A stretch of DNA of 64,000 nucleotides from Candidatus Binatia bacterium (GTDB taxonomy: Bacteria; Desulfobacterota; Binatia; UBA9968; JAJDTQ01). The notes beneath the pieces are model-generated. The model had not been told where the DNA came from, did not search any database, and saw nothing but the letters and a program-made list of their open reading frames with translations. Of the stretch, positions 37,860 to 48,110 are shown in pieces; positions within the stretch are counted from its first letter, which is position 1, and each line of letters starts with the position of its first letter. The stretch spans positions 64,001 through 128,000 of the forward strand of contig OY762897.2 in assembly GCA_963666515.2 (NCBI GenBank). Reading direction: 5' to 3'. The position numbers were made by a program, and so were the translations under genes.

Positions 37860-39557
37860 ATGGTCAAAGCGCACACGAAGATTTGCGAGGTCCTGGCCGA
37901 GGCGCGGGTGGACTTCGTCTTCGGCATACCCGGCGGCAGCGCCATGCGCATATTCGATTCGCTGTCCCGCTACGCGGACCGGGTGCGTCCGATCCTGGTG
38001 CGGCACGAGCAGGCGGCCTCGGTCATGGCCGACATCTACGGCCGCCTGACGGGCAAACCGGGAGTGGTCCTCGGCCAGGGGGCGTTCATCGGCACCAACG
38101 CGATCTTCGGGACCCTGGAAGCCCACTTGGCGGGTTCCCCCATGGTGGTGCTGGCGGATACCACCGAGGGCGGCGACTTCTCCCTGAACCCCAGGAACGC
38201 CAGCGGCTGGGGGCACTACGGGGCGTTCGACCTGAGGAACCTGTTTTCCGGCATCACCAAGTTCTCGGTCCTCGCCGCCACCCCCAAGGAAGCGGTGCTG
38301 GGTGTTCAGATGGCCATCAAGCACGCCACCACCGGGCGTCATGGACCCACCGCGGTAATCATGCGCCAGACGGCCATCGCCGGCGAGCTGGATCCGGACA
38401 AGCCGCCGCGGGTCCACTCCACCGAACACTGGCTCCAGGGGGTCACGACCATGCCGGCGGTGGCGGAACTGGTGTCGGCCATCGAGCTGCTGGAGGCGGC
38501 CGAACGGCCCGTCATCATCGCCGGCAACGGAGTTCACGCGGCGAAGGCCTACGATGAGCTGGCGGCCATGGCCGAACTGCTGGGAAGCCCGGTGGCCACG
38601 ACCTACAACGGCAAGAGCGCGTTCCCGGAGAACCACCCGCTGGCCCTGGGCATGATGGGCCGGTACGGCCAGCCGGTGGCCAACAGCGTGATTCAGGAAG
38701 CGGATACGATCCTGGTGGTGGGCTCCCGGCTGGCCCCCAACGACACCAACAGCGAGCTGCTCATCGACCCGGCGAGGCAGAAGCTGATCCAGGTCGACAT
38801 CGAGCCCCGGAACGCGGGCTGGTCCTATCCCGCGGCGGTCTCGCTCATCGGCGATGCAAAGGCCGTGTTGAAGCAACTGCTGCAGATGGGCGGAGAGGGC
38901 CTTCAGCGGGACGGCCGGCAAGCGGCGGTCGGGCGGCTCGAGGAACGCAAGCGTACCGAGAAGTTCTTCGAGAGCCCCGCCCTTCACTCCGGCGCCGTTC
39001 CCATCATGCCCCAGCGGCTGGTCAGGGACCTCAACGAAGCACTGGACCCGGAGACCATCGTCACCCTCGACGCCGGCGGCAACCGGGTGTGGATGGCCCA
39101 CTACTACCAGACCCGGGCGCCGGGGACCCTGTTCGTGCCCGGCGGGCTCGCCGGCATGGGCTGGGGCGCGCCCGCCGCGGTGGGGGCCAAGCTCGTGCAC
39201 CCGGACCGGCCGGTGGTGAGCGTGACCGGCGACGGCGGGTTCTCCATGTCCGTGCACGTCATCGCCACCGCGGTGCAATACGACCTGCCGGTGGTTTTCG
39301 TGGTCATGAACAACTCGGGCCTCGGAATGATCGCCACCGGAGACCTGGGCGGCGATTCCCCCGCCGCCTTCAACGACACCGACTTCGCTGCGGTGGCCCG
39401 GGGCTTCGGCGCCGAGGGTCTGCGGGTGGAGGACCCCGCCGAGATTCAGGACGCGGTAAAGGAGGCCCTGAAGAAGGGAAGGCCCACGGTGGTGGACGTG
39501 ATCACCGACGGCGCCGCAGGTCTCCAGAGCATCAGCAGCGGCGCCACCGTGGGCTGA
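37860..39557 (+). CDS. TPP-binding protein (acetolactate synthase-like superfamily)
   Basis: VFGIPGG, RHEQAA, GDGGF...NN TPP motif. Confidence 0.9.
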   Translation: MVKAHTKICEVLAEARVDFVFGIPGGSAMRIFDSLSRYADRVRPILVRHEQAASVMADIYGRLTGKPGVVLGQGAFIGTNAIFGTLEAHLAGSPMVVLADTTEGGDFSLNPRNASGWGHYGAFDLRNLFSGITKFSVLAATPKEAVLGVQMAIKHATTGRHGPTAVIMRQTAIAGELDPDKPPRVHSTEHWLQGVTTMPAVAELVSAIELLEAAERPVIIAGNGVHAAKAYDELAAMAELLGSPVATTYNGKSAFPENHPLALGMMGRYGQPVANSVIQEADTILVVGSRLAPNDTNSELLIDPARQKLIQVDIEPRNAGWSYPAAVSLIGDAKAVLKQLLQMGGEGLQRDGRQAAVGRLEERKRTEKFFESPALHSGAVPIMPQRLVRDLNEALDPETIVTLDAGGNRVWMAHYYQTRAPGTLFVPGGLAGMGWGAPAAVGAKLVHPDRPVVSVTGDGGFSMSVHVIATAVQYDLPVVFVVMNNSGLGMIATGDLGGDSPAAFNDTDFAAVARGFGAEGLRVEDPAEIQDAVKEALKKGRPTVVDVITDGAAGLQSISSGATVG

Positions 39558-39606
39558 TGCCGGCGCCGGTGTCGGATCCGCGCGCCTTTCTGATATCATA
39601 TCTGAT

Positions 39607-40587
39607 ATGAGTGAATTTCGGTACAATATTCCCTCCACCAGCGCGTTGATCGCGTTCGAGGCGACGGCGCGACTCGGCGGGGTGATACGGGCATCCGAAG
39701 AGTTGAACACTTCCCAATCGGCGGTCAGCCGTCACATTCGCAATCTCGAAACGGTGGTCGGCGAAAAGCTGTTTCGGCGTCAGGGCCGGGGCGTGATACT
39801 GACGCCGAGCGGCCAGGACTACTACGCCGCGGTCAAGTCGTCCCTGGACAGCCTGCACGCGGCGGGCAACGGGCTTCGCACGCAGACGCCCACCGTGCTC
39901 ATCTCCTGCACCCAGGAGATTTCCCATCTCCTGCTGTTGCCGGTCTTTCCCGAGATCAAGCGCGCTCTCGGGGAAGATGTCCGTTTGCGCATTCTGACCT
40001 GCGACTACGACATGGTTCAACTGCTGTTGCCGGCGGGGATCGATGTCTTTTTCGCGGCGTCGGCCGCGCCCGTGGACGCAAGCGCGGTGAAGGTGCTGGA
40101 CGAGGAGGTCGTTCCGGTGGCGTCGCCCGCCTTCGTGAGACGTTTCGAGCGGGTGCTTGCCAGGCATCCTCGACGCTGGTCCCAGGTTCCCCGGCTGGAG
40201 CTTGGCCAGCGCGGCCACAATTGGGCCACGTGGACGACCTGGTTCCGCGCCCATGATTGCGACCCGCCGAACGCGCCGGTGAAATCGCACGAGAACTACC
40301 AGTTCCTGCTGGAGGCCGCGGCCAACGGCGACGGCATGGCCATCGGCTGGAACGGCTTCGTGAACGCCTACCTGGAGACCGGGCGGCTCGTCAGGATCAG
40401 CGACAACTGGTTGCGGTCGCAAATCAGCCTGTACGCGGTGCCGACCCAGACCGGCAACGGCAACCGGAGCGCGGCTCGCTTCCTGAGAGCGCTCGCGGCC
40501 CTGGGGGAGGGACTGGCCGGCGCGAAACAGGCGTCCCCGCAGCGACAGCCGACCGGCGGTCACGGATCACTGCTTCAACGGTTGTGA
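39607..40587 (+). CDS. LysR-family regulator (GcvA-like)
   Basis: ALIAFEATAR, ELNTSQSAVSRHIRNLE. Confidence 0.92.
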   Translation: MSEFRYNIPSTSALIAFEATARLGGVIRASEELNTSQSAVSRHIRNLETVVGEKLFRRQGRGVILTPSGQDYYAAVKSSLDSLHAAGNGLRTQTPTVLISCTQEISHLLLLPVFPEIKRALGEDVRLRILTCDYDMVQLLLPAGIDVFFAASAAPVDASAVKVLDEEVVPVASPAFVRRFERVLARHPRRWSQVPRLELGQRGHNWATWTTWFRAHDCDPPNAPVKSHENYQFLLEAAANGDGMAIGWNGFVNAYLETGRLVRISDNWLRSQISLYAVPTQTGNGNRSAARFLRALAALGEGLAGAKQASPQRQPTGGHGSLLQRL

Positions 40588-40666
40588 AGACCTGACGCCA
40601 AGCCCCCCCGGGCGCGGACGCCGCCGCTTCCGCGCGGTTCGCCTGCCGCAATCCCCACCTCGTGAA

Positions 40667-41959
40667 TCACGGATCGCCCGCCGTGTCGAAGAAACGCCGA
40701 AGGACCCGGCTCAGGTTGAAAGCGTCCATCGCCCCCGCCAGCTCCCGTACGGAGTGCATGGCCCACTGGGGCACGCCCACGTCCACGGTGCGGACGCCGG
40801 TCTCGGCCGCGGCCAGGGGCCCGATGGTGCTGCCGCAGGCCATGTCGCTGCGCACCACGAAGGTCTGCACCGGCACTCCCTCGCCGGCCGCCAGCCGCCG
40901 GAAGGCCGCCGCGGTCTCGCTGCTGGTGGCATAGCGCTGGTTGGCGTTGACCTTGATGACCGGGCCGTGGTTCAGCAGCGGCCCGTGGTTGCCGTCGTGC
41001 CGGTCGGCGAAGTTGGGGTGGACGCCGTGGGCGTTGTCCACCGATATCAGCATGGAACGGGAAAGGGCGCGGTTGCGATCCTCCGGCACCGGCAGCAGGC
41101 GTTCCAGCATCTGGGTCAGCATCGGCCCCCGGGCTCCCGCGGCGGTGGTGCTCCCCACCTCCTCGTGATCGTTGCAGACCAGCAGCGCGCCGGCGTCGCC
41201 TTTCGCTTCCAGCAGTGCGCGCAGCCCCACGAAGCAGCTCAGCAGGTTGTCCAGCCGCGCCGACGCGATGAACTCCCGTCCCAGCCCGACCAGGGCCGGC
41301 CGCTGGGTGTCGTAGAGCACCAGCTCGTGGTCCAGCACCTGGCCGACTTCCGCGCCGGCGTCGGCCTCCAGCCGCTGCCGCAGCAGGGTCTTGAGGTCGA
41401 AACCCTCGCCCTGACGGCCCAGCACCGGCGGCAGGCAGGTTTGGGCGTTGACCGAGCGGCTCTCGTTGGCGTCCCGGTCCAGGTGAATGGCCAGACTGGG
41501 AATCACCGCCACGGGCTCCTTGAAGTCCACGAGGTCGTGCGCGACGGCGCGGTTGCGGTCGAGATAGCTCACCCGTCCCGCCAGGGACAGGTCCCGGTCG
41601 AACCACGGGTTCAACAGCGCCCCGCCGTAGACCTCGACGCCCAGTTGCAGATAGCCGTTCCGGTGAGACTCCGGTTGCGGCTTGACCTTGAGACAGGGTG
41701 AATCCGTATGCGCTCCCACCAGGCGAAGCCCGTTCTCCGAGATGGGCGACCCGGCGGGCACGGTCCAGGCGATGATGGACGAGTCGTTGCGGGTGGTGAA
41801 GTAGCGCCCGCCGGGTTCCAAGCGCCACGCGTCGGCCTCCGGCCGGGGCTGGAAGCCGGCGTCCGCCAGCCGCCGCGCCAACCCGCGGACCGCGTGGAAC
41901 GGCGTGGGCGATGCGGCCAGGAAATCCATCAGCTCGTGGTTGAAGCGTTGTTGGCTCAT
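40667..41959 (-). CDS. M18 family aspartyl aminopeptidase
   Basis: [40 protein letters not shown]. Confidence 0.94.
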   Translation of the reverse strand: MSQQRFNHELMDFLAASPTPFHAVRGLARRLADAGFQPRPEADAWRLEPGGRYFTTRNDSSIIAWTVPAGSPISENGLRLVGAHTDSPCLKVKPQPESHRNGYLQLGVEVYGGALLNPWFDRDLSLAGRVSYLDRNRAVAHDLVDFKEPVAVIPSLAIHLDRDANESRSVNAQTCLPPVLGRQGEGFDLKTLLRQRLEADAGAEVGQVLDHELVLYDTQRPALVGLGREFIASARLDNLLSCFVGLRALLEAKGDAGALLVCNDHEEVGSTTAAGARGPMLTQMLERLLPVPEDRNRALSRSMLISVDNAHGVHPNFADRHDGNHGPLLNHGPVIKVNANQRYATSSETAAAFRRLAAGEGVPVQTFVVRSDMACGSTIGPLAAAETGVRTVDVGVPQWAMHSVRELAGAMDAFNLSRVLRRFFDTAGDP

Positions 41960-42003
41960 GGTGGCTCCGGCGGCGGGCCAAGGCAGACGTTCGGGCGCGG
42001 CGC

Positions 42004-43002
42004 TCAGGACAGCCGGTACTCTCTCGCCGGGTTGGTCACGGCAATCGCGTGGATGGACTGCCGGTCCAGGCCGGCCTTTTCGAGATTGCCCAGGGGGTCC
42101 GGGTCGCCCGGCGGGAAAGGCGCGTCGCCGCCCAGCAGGATGCGTTCGATGCCTACCAGGTCCCGGAGAAACAACAGCGCCTCGCGGCTGTGCAGGATGC
42201 TGTCGTAGAGAAAGCGGCGCAGGTAGGCGCTGGGCGGGTTCGCCGCCACGTCTCCGGTTACGCTCCCGTCCGCGGCCTCGTGCATGCGGTCGAAGCGGCC
42301 GATGAGGTAGGGCAGGTTCCCGCCGCCGTGGGACAGCAGGAGGCGCAGTTTCGGGAAACGGTCCAGGGCGCCGCTCAGGATCATCGAGCCCACCGCCAGG
42401 GTGGTGTCCAGGGTGTAGGCGCAGGTCTGGTTGAGGCTGAACTTCTCGGCGCGGGGCAGCGGCTGGGGCAGGGAAGGGTGCACGAACACCGGCACGTCCA
42501 GGGCCTCGCAGGCGCTCCACAGCTCGTCCAGGGGCGCCTCGCCCAGGTTCCGGCCGTGAACGTTGGCGGAGACGATGACGCCGACGGCGCCGCCGTCAAC
42601 GCATCGTTCCAGCTCGCGGGCGGCCGCGGCCGCGTCCACCAGCGGCGCCGACGCCATCCACGAGAACCGTTCCGGCCGGGCTGCGCACAGCGCGGCGATG
42701 GCGTCGTTCAGGATGCGGTGCCATTCGCCGCAGCGGGCGGCATCGAGGCCGTAGCCGAAGATGTCGGTCCACACCGAGAGGACCTGCCGCTGCACCCTCT
42801 GCCGGTCCATCTCGGCGAGCCGCGCGTCCAGGTCCAGGAGCCCCGGGAGGAACGGGCGCACCTCCAGGCCGTCGTCGAAGCGGCAGCAGCGGGCGCCTGC
42901 AGCCTTCTCCACCAGGGCGATGCCCAGCTCGGCGCCCCTGCCGGCCAACGTTTCCAGGACGCCCGGCGGCACGAAGTGCGCGTGGACGTCAGTCGCGGTC
43001 AC
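42004..43002 (-). CDS. Amidohydrolase (ACMSD-like decarboxylase/hydratase)
   Basis: [24 protein letters not shown]. Confidence 0.88.
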   Translation of the reverse strand: MTATDVHAHFVPPGVLETLAGRGAELGIALVEKAAGARCCRFDDGLEVRPFLPGLLDLDARLAEMDRQRVQRQVLSVWTDIFGYGLDAARCGEWHRILNDAIAALCAARPERFSWMASAPLVDAAAAARELERCVDGGAVGVIVSANVHGRNLGEAPLDELWSACEALDVPVFVHPSLPQPLPRAEKFSLNQTCAYTLDTTLAVGSMILSGALDRFPKLRLLLSHGGGNLPYLIGRFDRMHEAADGSVTGDVAANPPSAYLRRFLYDSILHSREALLFLRDLVGIERILLGGDAPFPPGDPDPLGNLEKAGLDRQSIHAIAVTNPAREYRLS

Positions 43003-43801
43003 GGGAACGATCCATCAATGCCTTTTCCTGGCCGCCGTCGATCTCGATCATGGTGCCGTTGACGAAATGCATGAGCGGGGAGGCCAGCATGACCACGAGG
43101 TTGGCCACTTCGGACGTTTCGGCAATGCGTCCCAGGGGGATCGAGCGGGGCGCCAATTGGTCGGCTTCCTCGTAGCTCAGGCGCATGTCGCGGGACATGG
43201 CCTGCACCAGGCCGGTCCAGCGTTCGGTGCGCACCGGACCCGGATTCACCGCGGCGAAGCTGATGCCGTACTTGCCGTACTGGCTCGCTAGCGACTTCGT
43301 CAGGTTCTGGCCGGCGGCGTTGGCCGCGCCCGGCGCCACCTCCCAGTAGGACGTCTTGACGCCGTCGTTGCCGATGAGGTTCACGACGCGTCCGCCGCCC
43401 TGCTCGCGCATGATCGGGAGCGCGTAGCGCATGCAGCGGACGTACCCCATGAACTTGAGCTGCAACGCCAGCGCCCAGTCGTCCTCGGTCAGGTTCTCGA
43501 TGACCCCGCCCGGCGCCGCCCCCGCGTTGTTCACCAGGATGTCGATGCGCCCCAGCGCCTCGGCCGCGACGTGGATGAACCGGTGGGCGGCGTCATCGTT
43601 GGTCAGGTCCGCCGGAATCGGGACGATCTTGCGGCCGGTGGCCTTTGCCACCGCGGCCGCGGTCTCTTCCAGCGGCCCCGCCCGCCGCGCGCACGTGGCC
43701 ACGTCCACGCCCTCCCGCGCCAGCGCCTCCACGATGGCCTTGCCGATGCCCTCGCTGCCGCCGGTCACGACGGCCGTCTTTCCCTGAAGCTCCAGGTCCA
43801 T
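42989..43801 (-). CDS. Short-chain dehydrogenase/reductase (atypical active site)
   Basis: TGGSEGIG, ILVNNAG; canonical YxxxK replaced (GAANAA). Confidence 0.88.
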   Translation of the reverse strand: MDLELQGKTAVVTGGSEGIGKAIVEALAREGVDVATCARRAGPLEETAAAVAKATGRKIVPIPADLTNDDAAHRFIHVAAEALGRIDILVNNAGAAPGGVIENLTEDDWALALQLKFMGYVRCMRYALPIMREQGGGRVVNLIGNDGVKTSYWEVAPGAANAAGQNLTKSLASQYGKYGISFAAVNPGPVRTERWTGLVQAMSRDMRLSYEEADQLAPRSIPLGRIAETSEVANLVVMLASPLMHFVNGTMIEIDGGQEKALMDRSRDRD

Positions 43802-43875
43802 TTCATGTTCTCCCTGCTGATGAGTCGCCGCGGGCCGGGTTGCGGCTCCATGCGCGGCGGTCTCGAAAACCGTCG

Positions 43876-45426
43876 CTATGCGTCGTCCCGACTTTTCTCC
43901 GATGACGCGGGATCTTCCGTGTTCTCTCCCGCGGCGAACAGGTCGCGGTACCGCTCCCGCAGCCCCGCCTTGGCCACCTTGCCGAGTTCGTTGCGCGGGA
44001 TCGACTCCACGGCAAGTATCCGCTTCGGCACCTTGTACGCCGCCAGTTCCGTCTTGAGATAGCCGATGCACGCGCTTTCGTCGAACGGTGCGGGGGCCGA
44101 AGACTCCACTACCGCCACCACGGCTTCCCCGAAGTCCGGATGGGGCACGCCGAAGACCGCGGAGCCGGCAACGGCGCCGGACCGGTCCAGGGCGTCTTCC
44201 ACCTCCTTGGGGTAGACGTTCAGCCCGCCGGATATCACCACGTCCGTCTCCCGCCCCAGGATGCGGATGCACCCGGCGGCGTCGATCTCGGCCACGTCGC
44301 CGGTCACGAACCAGCCGTCATCGGTGAACGCCTGCTCCTCGGGCCGGTTCCAGTAGCCGGCGAAGACATTGTGCCCGCGGGTCTCCAGGACGCCGGCGGC
44401 GCCGCGTTCGTATCGCCCGTCGTCGTTGGCCACCCTGACCCGCACGCCCGGCAGCGGCCAGCCCACCCAGCCGCGCCGGCCGGCCGTGCCGGGCGGGACC
44501 GCGGTGATGATGGCTGCCTCGGTGGTGCCGTAGCGTTCGATGATCTCCATGCCCGTGACCTGCCGGAACCGCTGCGCGATGTCCGGCGGCAGCGGCGCCG
44601 AGCCGGAGATGGCCAGGCGGAACGCGCCCCTGGCCGCGGCGGCAAGACCCGGCTCCTTCAGCAGCCGCCCGTAGTGCGTTGGCACCCCCATCATGACGGT
44701 GCAGCGAGGCAACTCGCGCAGCACGTTCTCGGCCTCGAACCGGGCGAGAAAGCAGACGGCGCCGCCGGCCGCGAGCATGACGTTGATGGCGGTCAGAAGC
44801 CCGTGTGCGTGATAGGCCGGGAGCGCGTGCATCAGGACGTCCTTCCGGTCCAGTTGCCAGACCCTCACCAGCGCCCCGGCGCTGGCCGCCAGGTTGCCGT
44901 GGGTGATCAGGGCTCCCTTGGGGCGGCCGGTGGTGCCGGAGGTGTAGAGCAGGGCCGCCGGCGCTTCCTCCGGCAGCTCCGCGGTGTCCGGCACGGCGTC
45001 GGAAGCGCGCGCCAGTTCGGCAAAGGAACCTAGGTCCCCGCGAAGGCTCTCCATCCGAAAACCCTCGCGGGCGGCCGTGGCTCCAAAGGTTGCGGCTTCG
45101 TCGGGGTCGCAGACGAACAGAACGGGTCGCGCGTCCGCCAAGAGCTCCTCCACCTCGCGCGGCGTGTAGGCCGTGTTCATGGGGTGAAGGATGGCTCCCG
45201 TCTTGAAGCAGGCATGGGCGAGGAACACGGCCTCGACGCATTTCACGACCCGGACCGAGACCCGGTCCCCCGCCTTGACGCCGCAGGCTGCCAGGGCGGC
45301 TGCGGCCCTGTCGATGGCCGTCAAAGCCTCGCCAGTGGACAGGGAAGGGCCATCCGGCACCACGAAGGCCGGGTCGAGACTCGCACGGTGGCCGTACAGG
45401 GCGTGAATGAGATTGCCGCTCGTCAT
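43876..45426 (-). CDS. Malonyl-CoA synthetase-like acyl-CoA ligase (MatB-like)
   Basis: YTSGTTGRPKG, HAHGL, MGVPTHY, ERYGTTE, SGGLNVYPKEVE. Confidence 0.85.
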   Translation of the reverse strand: MTSGNLIHALYGHRASLDPAFVVPDGPSLSTGEALTAIDRAAAALAACGVKAGDRVSVRVVKCVEAVFLAHACFKTGAILHPMNTAYTPREVEELLADARPVLFVCDPDEAATFGATAAREGFRMESLRGDLGSFAELARASDAVPDTAELPEEAPAALLYTSGTTGRPKGALITHGNLAASAGALVRVWQLDRKDVLMHALPAYHAHGLLTAINVMLAAGGAVCFLARFEAENVLRELPRCTVMMGVPTHYGRLLKEPGLAAAARGAFRLAISGSAPLPPDIAQRFRQVTGMEIIERYGTTEAAIITAVPPGTAGRRGWVGWPLPGVRVRVANDDGRYERGAAGVLETRGHNVFAGYWNRPEEQAFTDDGWFVTGDVAEIDAAGCIRILGRETDVVISGGLNVYPKEVEDALDRSGAVAGSAVFGVPHPDFGEAVVAVVESSAPAPFDESACIGYLKTELAAYKVPKRILAVESIPRNELGKVAKAGLRERYRDLFAAGENTEDPASSEKSRDDA

Positions 45427-45501
45427 GGTCGGCTCGCTAAAGAAAGTAATTGACCGGTCGATCTATGAATAGTAGATTCTACTCGAACGGAAGGAAGCGT
45501 C

Positions 45502-45942
45502 ATGGAGGCACTGAAAGAATACGCAGGCGTGGTGACGGCCCTGGTGACCGCCCTGGTTACGGTGATGGCGGCCCTCGGCGCACTGGGCTTGTGGGCCATC
45601 AATGCCCAGGTCACGCCCGAGATCAACCGGCTGGAAGGGCGGATCGACGGGAACCAGTTGCTGCTTAGACAGATCGACCGCAAGATCGACGGCCTGAATG
45701 CAAGGTTCGAAGGCATTGATGGGAAGTTTGAAGACATTGATGCGAGGTTCGGAGCGATCGATGCGAAGTTCGAAGCGATTGACGCGAGGTTCGACACCAT
45801 CGACGCGAGGTTCGAAGCCATTGACGGCAGGTTCGAGGCCGTTGATGCCAGGTTCGGGCGCATCGACGGCGAGTTGAAGACCATCCGCAACGACATCAAG
45901 ACCATTCTGTTGAGGCTTCCAAACAAGGCAGCGGCTCCATAG
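45502..45942 (+). CDS. Membrane-anchored heptad-repeat coiled-coil protein
   Basis: N-terminal TM, then 10 (I/V)D(A/G)(R/K)Fxx-type heptads; own promoter TTGACC-N17-TAGATT (45450-45478). Confidence 0.8.
   Translation: MEALKEYAGVVTALVTALVTVMAALGALGLWAINAQVTPEINRLEGRIDGNQLLLRQIDRKIDGLNARFEGIDGKFEDIDARFGAIDAKFEAIDARFDTIDARFEAIDGRFEAVDARFGRIDGELKTIRNDIKTILLRLPNKAAAP
45673..45882 (+). repeat. Degenerate 21-bp coding tandem repeat, ~10 units
   Basis: Units resembling ATYGAYGCSARGTTCGARGCS. Confidence 0.85.
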
Positions 45943-45947
45943 GCCGG

Positions 45948-46742
45948 TCAGTGGCCCCGGAACTCGGGCTTGCGCTTTTCCCCGAACGCCGACAGGCCCT
46001 CGGCATAGTCCGTGCTGGCATCGGCGTCGAGGGCCCGCCGGCGGAGCGCTTCGCTGCCGCCGTCCTCCCCCCGCGCCAGGGCGTCGAGCGCGGCCTTGGC
46101 CGCGGCCACGGTCAACGGCGCGTTCCCGGCCATGGCGCGGGCCAAGCGCCGGCCTTCCTCGATCACGGCCCCGGGCTTGACCAGGCGATGTACGACCCCC
46201 TGGGCGTGGGCTTGGCGCGCCTCGCACCGCTGGGCGCCCAGGAGCAGTCCGTGCGCCGCGGAGTCCCCGAACACCCGCACGAAGCGGGCGATGCCGCGGG
46301 GGTCGTAGCCCAGTCCCAGGCGCGCCGCGGGCACCATGAAGTAGGCGTCGTCCGCGGCGATCCGGAGGTCGCAGGCGCAGGCGAGCGACGCTCCGGCGCC
46401 GACGCAGGGGCCGGCGATGCAGGCGAGGGTCGGCTGCGGCACCGCCTCAAGGGCGCGCAGGGCGCTCTCCACCAAGTCGTCGTATTCGCGGGTGGCGCCG
46501 GGCGCCCGGAGCACGGCGAACTCCCGGATATCGGCGCCGGAGGAGAACACCGTCTCGTCGCCGGCCAGGAGGATCACCCGCACGGCGCGGTCGTGGGCGA
46601 CGCCCTTGGCGAAGCGCCGCAGTTCCGTCCACATGGCCGAAGAAAGAGCGTTACGGCTATCGCCGCTGCAAAGCCGCAGCTCGGCAATGCCTCCGGCTGC
46701 GGAGAGCCGCATGGCTCCCGCGGCCAACGCCTCGCCGCTCAC
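45948..46742 (-). CDS. Enoyl-CoA hydratase/isomerase family
   Basis: FSSGADIREF, GPCVGAG, PAARLGLGY; GTG overlaps the upstream stop. Confidence 0.88.
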   Translation of the reverse strand: MSGEALAAGAMRLSAAGGIAELRLCSGDSRNALSSAMWTELRRFAKGVAHDRAVRVILLAGDETVFSSGADIREFAVLRAPGATREYDDLVESALRALEAVPQPTLACIAGPCVGAGASLACACDLRIAADDAYFMVPAARLGLGYDPRGIARFVRVFGDSAAHGLLLGAQRCEARQAHAQGVVHRLVKPGAVIEEGRRLARAMAGNAPLTVAAAKAALDALARGEDGGSEALRRRALDADASTDYAEGLSAFGEKRKPEFRGH

Positions 46743-47593
46743 CCCTCCCTCCGATGCGCCATCCAGGCGCCGTCGGCGACGGCGCGGAACAGCTCCGCCA
46801 GCGCTGCGTTGACCGCCGCGGGCTCTTCCAGCGTCAGCGTATGGCCCGAGCGCGGGATCACTACCAAGGCCGCCATGGGCGCGGTGCGCTTGAGGAACAG
46901 GCTGCCGTCCAGGCACGGGTCGTCCTCGTCGCCGACGATGACGAGCAACGGGACTTCGAGCCGCGACAACGGCTGCTCCATATCCCACAGGGTGGGGCGC
47001 CGGCCCTGGACCTGCGACATGGTGAGCGCCAGTCCCGTGGCGGAATGGTCGGCGAGGGTCTTCTCGAACTCGGCGAAGCCGCGCGGGTCCTTGGCCTCGA
47101 AGGCCTTGCGCATGGGGTAGCGGGCGTACTTGGCCGCCGCCTCGGCCATGGGCTCTTCCCGGAACATGCGGGCGATGTCCTCGCACATGGCGGCCCGCTC
47201 CTCGCGTTCGTCCGGGTTCGACCCCCAGCCGCAGCCGATGGCGGCCACGGACAGGCACCGTCCGAGGTGTTGGATGGCCACGTGCAGCGCGGTATAGGCG
47301 CCCATGGAATGTCCGACGATGTGGGCTTTCTCGAGTCCGAGACCGTCGAGCACCGCCACGACGTCGTCGCGGGCGGTGTCCTGGCCGTACGCTTCGGGCT
47401 TCTCGGGAACGTCGGACGGCAGGTAGCCGCGGGCGTCGAAGGCGATGCAGCGGTGGGAGCGCGAGAAGTACCTCACCTGGGGCTCGAAGCTTCGATGGTC
47501 GCCGGCGAATTCGTGGACGAACACGATGGGGACGCCCCGCCCGGACTCCTCGTAGTGGAGCCGGGTTCCGTCGGATGCGGTGATGCTCGGCAA
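46739..47593 (-). CDS. Alpha/beta hydrolase
   Basis: FVHEFAGD, GHSMG, GDED, SGH; TTG start after CAGGAG. Confidence 0.88.
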   Translation of the reverse strand: MPSITASDGTRLHYEESGRGVPIVFVHEFAGDHRSFEPQVRYFSRSHRCIAFDARGYLPSDVPEKPEAYGQDTARDDVVAVLDGLGLEKAHIVGHSMGAYTALHVAIQHLGRCLSVAAIGCGWGSNPDEREERAAMCEDIARMFREEPMAEAAAKYARYPMRKAFEAKDPRGFAEFEKTLADHSATGLALTMSQVQGRRPTLWDMEQPLSRLEVPLLVIVGDEDDPCLDGSLFLKRTAPMAALVVIPRSGHTLTLEEPAAVNAALAELFRAVADGAWMAHRREG

Positions 47594-47613
47594 GAAAGCG
47601 CTCCTGTATCTTC

Positions 47614-48015
47614 CTATCCCAGTTCTTTCCGGTGCAGGCTGAGCAGCACCGCCGAGCCCAGTGACACCCCCACCGCGACCAGGGAGTACATCACCGCCAG
47701 CACGACGTCGGCGCCCGATGGCGGCGGGTTGTTGCTCCAGTACAGGAACAGGTTCACGACGACGTAGAGGGCGTAGGCGTGCGCCATGCCGACGACAAAG
47801 CGTTTCATGCGCCAAAGGCCGAGGCCGTAGACCACCAGATAGGCGCCGAACACGAGGCTCCACAACACGGCGTCACCGCCCGTCAGGCGGTTCCCGAACA
47901 GGACGAAACCGCTGTGCTCGCTCAACTGAAGGGGCTTGGCGAAGTTGGAGATCGCCAGCAGCCAGAAGCAGATCGCGAGCCCGCGAAAGATTCGGTCCGG
48001 TCGTGTCCCGGTCAT
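47614..48015 (-). CDS. Small 4-TM membrane protein of unknown function
   Basis: AGGAGG RBS; 133 aa, four hydrophobic segments. Confidence 0.7.
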   Translation of the reverse strand: MTGTRPDRIFRGLAICFWLLAISNFAKPLQLSEHSGFVLFGNRLTGGDAVLWSLVFGAYLVVYGLGLWRMKRFVVGMAHAYALYVVVNLFLYWSNNPPPSGADVVLAVMYSLVAVGVSLGSAVLLSLHRKELG

Positions 48016-48110
48016 GGTTGTCCTCCTTCTCCGACGGCGACGGGATCCTGCGCATCTTAGCACACGTCCCCGCGGGACAGGACACCGGGAGCCCTGACGG
48101 CCGCCGCCGG

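Noticed and set aside
45423-45926. Minus-strand repeat ORF (MFGSLNRM...)
   Set aside because: Antisense mirror of the heptad-repeat gene, which has the promoter, RBS and TM anchor
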